Of a DNA stretch of 64,000 nt, positions 60,343-64,000 are shown piece by piece. The position numbers and the translations under genes are program-made. The stretch lies in assembly GCA_900551455.1 (NCBI GenBank), contig URVV01000004.1:18165-82164 (forward strand), read 5' to 3'. The number at the start of each line of letters is the position of its first letter. Positions within the stretch are counted from its first letter, which is position 1. Source of the DNA: an uncultured Mycoplasmatota bacterium (GTDB lineage: Bacteria; Bacillota_I; Bacilli_A; RF39; UBA660). The notes below the pieces were generated by a model. That model was not told where the DNA came from. It worked only from the letters and a program-made list of their open reading frames with translations, and ran no database searches.

Positions 60343-61737
60343 ATGAGATTATATAATACATTAACTAAAAAAGAAGAAGAATTTATTCCTTACAATAAAG
60401 ATAGAGTTAATATGTATACTTGTGGACCAACAGTCTACTACTACGCTCATATTGGTAATTTAAGAACCTATATTAGTGAAGACATTCTAGAAAAATCCTT
60501 AAACTATCTCGGATACAACGTTCATCGTGCTATGAATATTACCGATGTTGGTCATTTATCAAGCGATGCCGATACTGGTGAAGATAAAATGTTAAAAGGT
60601 GCTAAAAGAGAGCAAAAAAGTGTTTTAGAAATAGCAGCCTATTATACCGAATGTTTTAAAAACGATTGTACCAAATTAAATATAAAATGGCCAGAACAAG
60701 TAGTTCCAGCTACTACAATGATTAAAGAATACATAAGTTTTATAGAAAAATTAATTACAAAAGGTTACGCCTATCTTGCTAATGGCAATGTTTACTTTGA
60801 TACATCTAAGTTAAATGATTATTATAAACTAACCAATCATACTGCTGAAGAATTAATATCAGGAGTAAGAGAAACAGTAGAGGAAGACTCTAATAAGAAG
60901 AACAAAACAGACTTTGTACTTTGGTTTACAAAATCAAAATTTGACAACCAAGAGTTAAAATGGGAAAGTCCTTGGGGAACAGGTTACCCTGGATGGCACA
61001 TAGAGTGCTCTTGTATCTCGTTAAAATGTCTTGGTGAATACCTAGATATACATTGTGGCGGAGTTGATAATATCTTCCCCCATCACACTAACGAGATTGC
61101 TCAAACAGAGAGTTACTTAGGACATAAATGGTGTAATTACTGGATTCATACTGAACATCTATTAGATGCTACCGGAAAGATGAGTAAATCAAGTGGTAAT
61201 TTCTTAACTTTAAATTTACTTGAGGAAAAAGGCTATTCTCCACTCGTATACCGTTTCTTCTGTCTTCAATCACATTATAAAAAACAATTAACTTTCAGTT
61301 TTGAATCATTAGATATTGCTAAGAATTCTTACAATAAACTTCTAAACAAAATAAAATCTATCTCTATAGATAATAGTCCTCTAGTACAAGAAGACTTTGA
61401 TAAATATAACAACCAATTTAAAGAATGTCTTGCTGATAATTTAAATACTTCCAATGCCCTAACAGTTTTATATGACATTCTAAAAAGCTCAATAAATAAT
61501 ACCACTAAATTATCATTAATAAAATCTTTTGATAAAGTGTTGTCTCTTGATTTAACAAAAGAAGACACAATAAATGAAGAATTAGTATCTTATATCAATG
61601 AAATGATAGAAAAAAGAAACATTGCTAAAAAAAATAAAGATTATGCTTTAGCCGATAGTATAAGAAATGAACTTCAAGAAAAAGGTATTATCTTGAAAGA
61701 TAGCCGTGAAGGAACAACCTATGAGGTGATAAAATAA
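60343..61737 (+). CDS. cysS: cysteine--tRNA ligase
   Basis: MYTCGPTVYYYAHIGNLRTY (HIGH region) and GKMSKSSGN (KMSKS). Confidence 0.96.
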   Translation: MRLYNTLTKKEEEFIPYNKDRVNMYTCGPTVYYYAHIGNLRTYISEDILEKSLNYLGYNVHRAMNITDVGHLSSDADTGEDKMLKGAKREQKSVLEIAAYYTECFKNDCTKLNIKWPEQVVPATTMIKEYISFIEKLITKGYAYLANGNVYFDTSKLNDYYKLTNHTAEELISGVRETVEEDSNKKNKTDFVLWFTKSKFDNQELKWESPWGTGYPGWHIECSCISLKCLGEYLDIHCGGVDNIFPHHTNEIAQTESYLGHKWCNYWIHTEHLLDATGKMSKSSGNFLTLNLLEEKGYSPLVYRFFCLQSHYKKQLTFSFESLDIAKNSYNKLLNKIKSISIDNSPLVQEDFDKYNNQFKECLADNLNTSNALTVLYDILKSSINNTTKLSLIKSFDKVLSLDLTKEDTINEELVSYINEMIEKRNIAKKNKDYALADSIRNELQEKGIILKDSREGTTYEVIK

Positions 61738-62432
61738 TGAATTATAATGATTATTTTCTTATTGAATATACTATTCCCTTTTTAGGATTCTTAATTACCC
61801 TTCTAGCTCAAATATATGTAATGTCTTCTTATAATAAATATCGAAACATTCCTACATCTGGTAAGAAAACTGGTGCTGATACTGCCAGAAAAATTCTAGA
61901 TGCCAATGGCTTAGAAAATGTTAAAATAAATAAAATTACTGGAAACTTAACAGATCATTATGATCCCCGAAACAAGACTGTTAACCTATCAGCAGATATC
62001 TATGATGGAACATCTATTTCCTCAGTATCTGTAGCTGCCCACGAATGCGGTCACGCTATCCAAGATAAAGAAGGATATACTTTTATGAAAATAAGATCTC
62101 TTTTAGTACCAATAACAAATTTCTCTTCAAAAATAGGTTATCTTGTCGTTATAATTGGCTTAATATTCAATGCTATAGGTCTTGCTAAATTTGGCCTAAT
62201 CCTTTTATTATCAATTTTATTATTTCAACTAATAACTCTTCCAGTAGAGTTTAATGCTTCGAGTCGAGCAAAAAAACAACTAATAAAATTAAACATCGTC
62301 GATAACGATGAATTAAGCGATTCTTCATCAATGTTACACGCAGCTGCATTCACTTATGTTGCTTCTCTAGTAACTTCCCTTCTTCAGATTTTAAGATTAG
62401 CCCTTATTGTTTTTGGCCGTGACAAAGATTAA
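61737..62432 (+). CDS. membrane zinc metallopeptidase (Zn_peptidase_2 / YpfJ-like family)
   Basis: VAAHECGHAIQD (HExxH) with flanking TM helices. Confidence 0.75.
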   Translation: MNYNDYFLIEYTIPFLGFLITLLAQIYVMSSYNKYRNIPTSGKKTGADTARKILDANGLENVKINKITGNLTDHYDPRNKTVNLSADIYDGTSISSVSVAAHECGHAIQDKEGYTFMKIRSLLVPITNFSSKIGYLVVIIGLIFNAIGLAKFGLILLLSILLFQLITLPVEFNASSRAKKQLIKLNIVDNDELSDSSSMLHAAAFTYVASLVTSLLQILRLALIVFGRDKD

Positions 62433-62535
62433 AAATATAAAAAGTAATATAGTTTTTTAAATATTAAAGCTATAATACTTTTTCTATATTATAAAATTTT
62501 CCTTTTCGTAAATAATAAATACGAAAGGAGATCAA

Positions 62536-62766
62536 ATGAATAATTATCAAGAAGTACCAAATATCATAAGTGGTAAAGATCTAGATTACCTATCAGATAT
62601 GTTTGAATGGAATTATATTGCATATAAAACTACTCATAATGCCATCTCACAAGTTCAAGAAGAAGAAATAAAAACACATCTTATAAAAGGTATAGATCTA
62701 TTTAAATTTAATATGCATCAAATACTAGAAATACTAGGAGGTCAAAATGAACAACAAAATAACTAA
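62536..62766 (+). CDS. small spore-coat-associated protein (partner of the CotF-like gene)
   Basis: 76 aa. AGGAG SD. Overlaps the downstream CotF-like ORF. Assignment is by context only. Confidence 0.4.
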   Translation: MNNYQEVPNIISGKDLDYLSDMFEWNYIAYKTTHNAISQVQEEEIKTHLIKGIDLFKFNMHQILEILGGQNEQQNN

Positions 62767-63061
62767 TCCAGAAGTAGAAGTCCCTAAATCTTCTAACTTG
62801 AATGATAAAGATTATCTTAACATCCTTCTTACAAGTTTGAAAGAATTATCTAAAAATTATACTATCAGTATGACTGAAGCAAGCAATGAATACCTATTTG
62901 CCAAATATAATAAAACCTTTGAAAAAATAATCAATCTTCAAAGAGAAACATTTGAATTAATGTTTAAAAAAGGATGGTATCCATTAGAAAAAGCCGAAAA
63001 TAATAAAATTACAGAGAAATATACAACTCTAAATAAAGAATATCAAGATTTAGAAGAATAA
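62747..63061 (+). CDS. CotF-family spore coat protein
   Basis: LNDKDYLNILLTSLKELSKNYTISMTEASNEYLFAKYNKTFEKIINLQRETFELMFKKGWY matches the Coat_F helical pattern. Confidence 0.6.
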   Translation: MNNKITNPEVEVPKSSNLNDKDYLNILLTSLKELSKNYTISMTEASNEYLFAKYNKTFEKIINLQRETFELMFKKGWYPLEKAENNKITEKYTTLNKEYQDLEE

Positions 63062-63079
63062 CCTAAAAAGGTTATTTTT

Positions 63080-63985
63080 TTAACCCTTAAAATCAAAATT
63101 AGGAATAAAACTCTCACTAACCGTCCCTTCCTCTTGAACAAATGCCTTTCTTATTCCAATCTTCCAAGCATAATCAATAACCTCTTCATAAACTTCTAGC
63201 GTTACTCTTTTATTAAGACAATCATATTTACAAACTCTAACTGGAGTATATTGATTCATTATACTATAATAAATATTATTCTTATATCTATCATACAAGA
63301 ATTTAAGTATTTTTTTACTATCTTCCTCCATTCCAGGTATCAGCATATGTCTAACTATTACACCACTAATCATTCGCCCATTATCATCAAAAACACATTT
63401 TGGCTTTTGTCTAACCATTTCCTCAATCGCTACTTCCGTATATTTAAAATAATCCTTACATCCTGAATACTTAACAGCATATTCATCACTATAATATTTA
63501 AAATCAGGTAAATACACATCAACTATTCCATCAAGTAATTTAAGCGTATCAACACTTTCATATCCCGAAGAATTATAAACTATAGGTATCCTCAATCCAT
63601 TATTTTTTGCCAAATTAATTCCCTCTATTATTAAAGGAACAAAGTGTGTCGGAGTAACTAAATTAATATTACTAGCCCCCCTACTCTGTAAATCTAAACA
63701 TATTTCACTAAATCTACTAACACTAATCTCTACCCCATTATCAAGTTCACTAATATAATAATTTTGACAAAAAATACACCTCAAATTACAATTACTAAAA
63801 AATATTGTTCCAGATCCCAACTTCCCAGTTATACAAGGCTCTTCCCACATATGTAAATAAGCCTTAGCTATTTTAATTTTATTCCCAGCCCTACAAAAAC
63901 CTAATTCTCCCCTATTTCTATTAATTAAACATTTCCTAGGACACAATTGACAATTATTAAATAATTCCTCCATATAAGCCTCCAA
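63080..63985 (-). CDS. radical SAM activating-enzyme-like protein (PflX/YjjW-type)
   Basis: CQLCPRKCLINRNRGELGFC N-terminal Cys cluster plus CNLRCIFCQN (CxxxCxxC). Confidence 0.8.
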   Translation of the reverse strand: MEAYMEELFNNCQLCPRKCLINRNRGELGFCRAGNKIKIAKAYLHMWEEPCITGKLGSGTIFFSNCNLRCIFCQNYYISELDNGVEISVSRFSEICLDLQSRGASNINLVTPTHFVPLIIEGINLAKNNGLRIPIVYNSSGYESVDTLKLLDGIVDVYLPDFKYYSDEYAVKYSGCKDYFKYTEVAIEEMVRQKPKCVFDDNGRMISGVIVRHMLIPGMEEDSKKILKFLYDRYKNNIYYSIMNQYTPVRVCKYDCLNKRVTLEVYEEVIDYAWKIGIRKAFVQEEGTVSESFIPNFDFKG

Positions 63986-64000
63986 ATCAAAAATATTATA

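Overview
AT-rich (roughly 70% or more A+T by eye) Firmicutes chromosome from a spore-former: spoIVA, sigH and CotD/CotF-type coat genes are present. The gene content suggests an Erysipelotrichia/Clostridia-like organism, but I cannot assign a species. The backbone is mostly housekeeping genes on the minus strand: uvrA, sigH-rlmB-mrnC, PFOR, asnS, ssb, sufB, truB-nrnA-rbfA-infB-ylxR-nusA-rimP, tRNA-Arg, comEB, yidD and dagK. After about 50.9 kb it continues on both strands with ffh, cell-envelope genes, gmk, cysS and coat genes. Three mobile elements sit on this backbone. (1) A 12.6-kb mobilizable element (3341-15977) carries a large serine recombinase (LSR), a MobV relaxase and a Tet(M)/Tet(O)/Tet(44)-family ribosomal-protection gene, and is inserted inside spoIVA. 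(2) A second foreign segment (1 to about 2492, truncated by the window) interrupts the same spoIVA gene about 850 bp further downstream. spoIVA is therefore in at least three pieces, and its C-terminal piece is outside the window. (3) A roughly 7.9-kb LSR + MobV element (about 42.7-50.7 kb) lies next to an unusual tRNA-Gly. It carries a type II C5-methyltransferase/endonuclease pair and a large uncharacterized membrane protein. There is also one IS481-like IS. Other points of interest: a noncoding module shared by the two LSR elements whose hairpin shows a compensatory base-pair change (putative oriT), two unknown genes embedded between infB and rbfA, and a tRNA-Gly(GCC) lacking the conserved D-loop/T-loop elbow nucleotides. 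All functional calls come from motif recognition by eye; no database search was possible.
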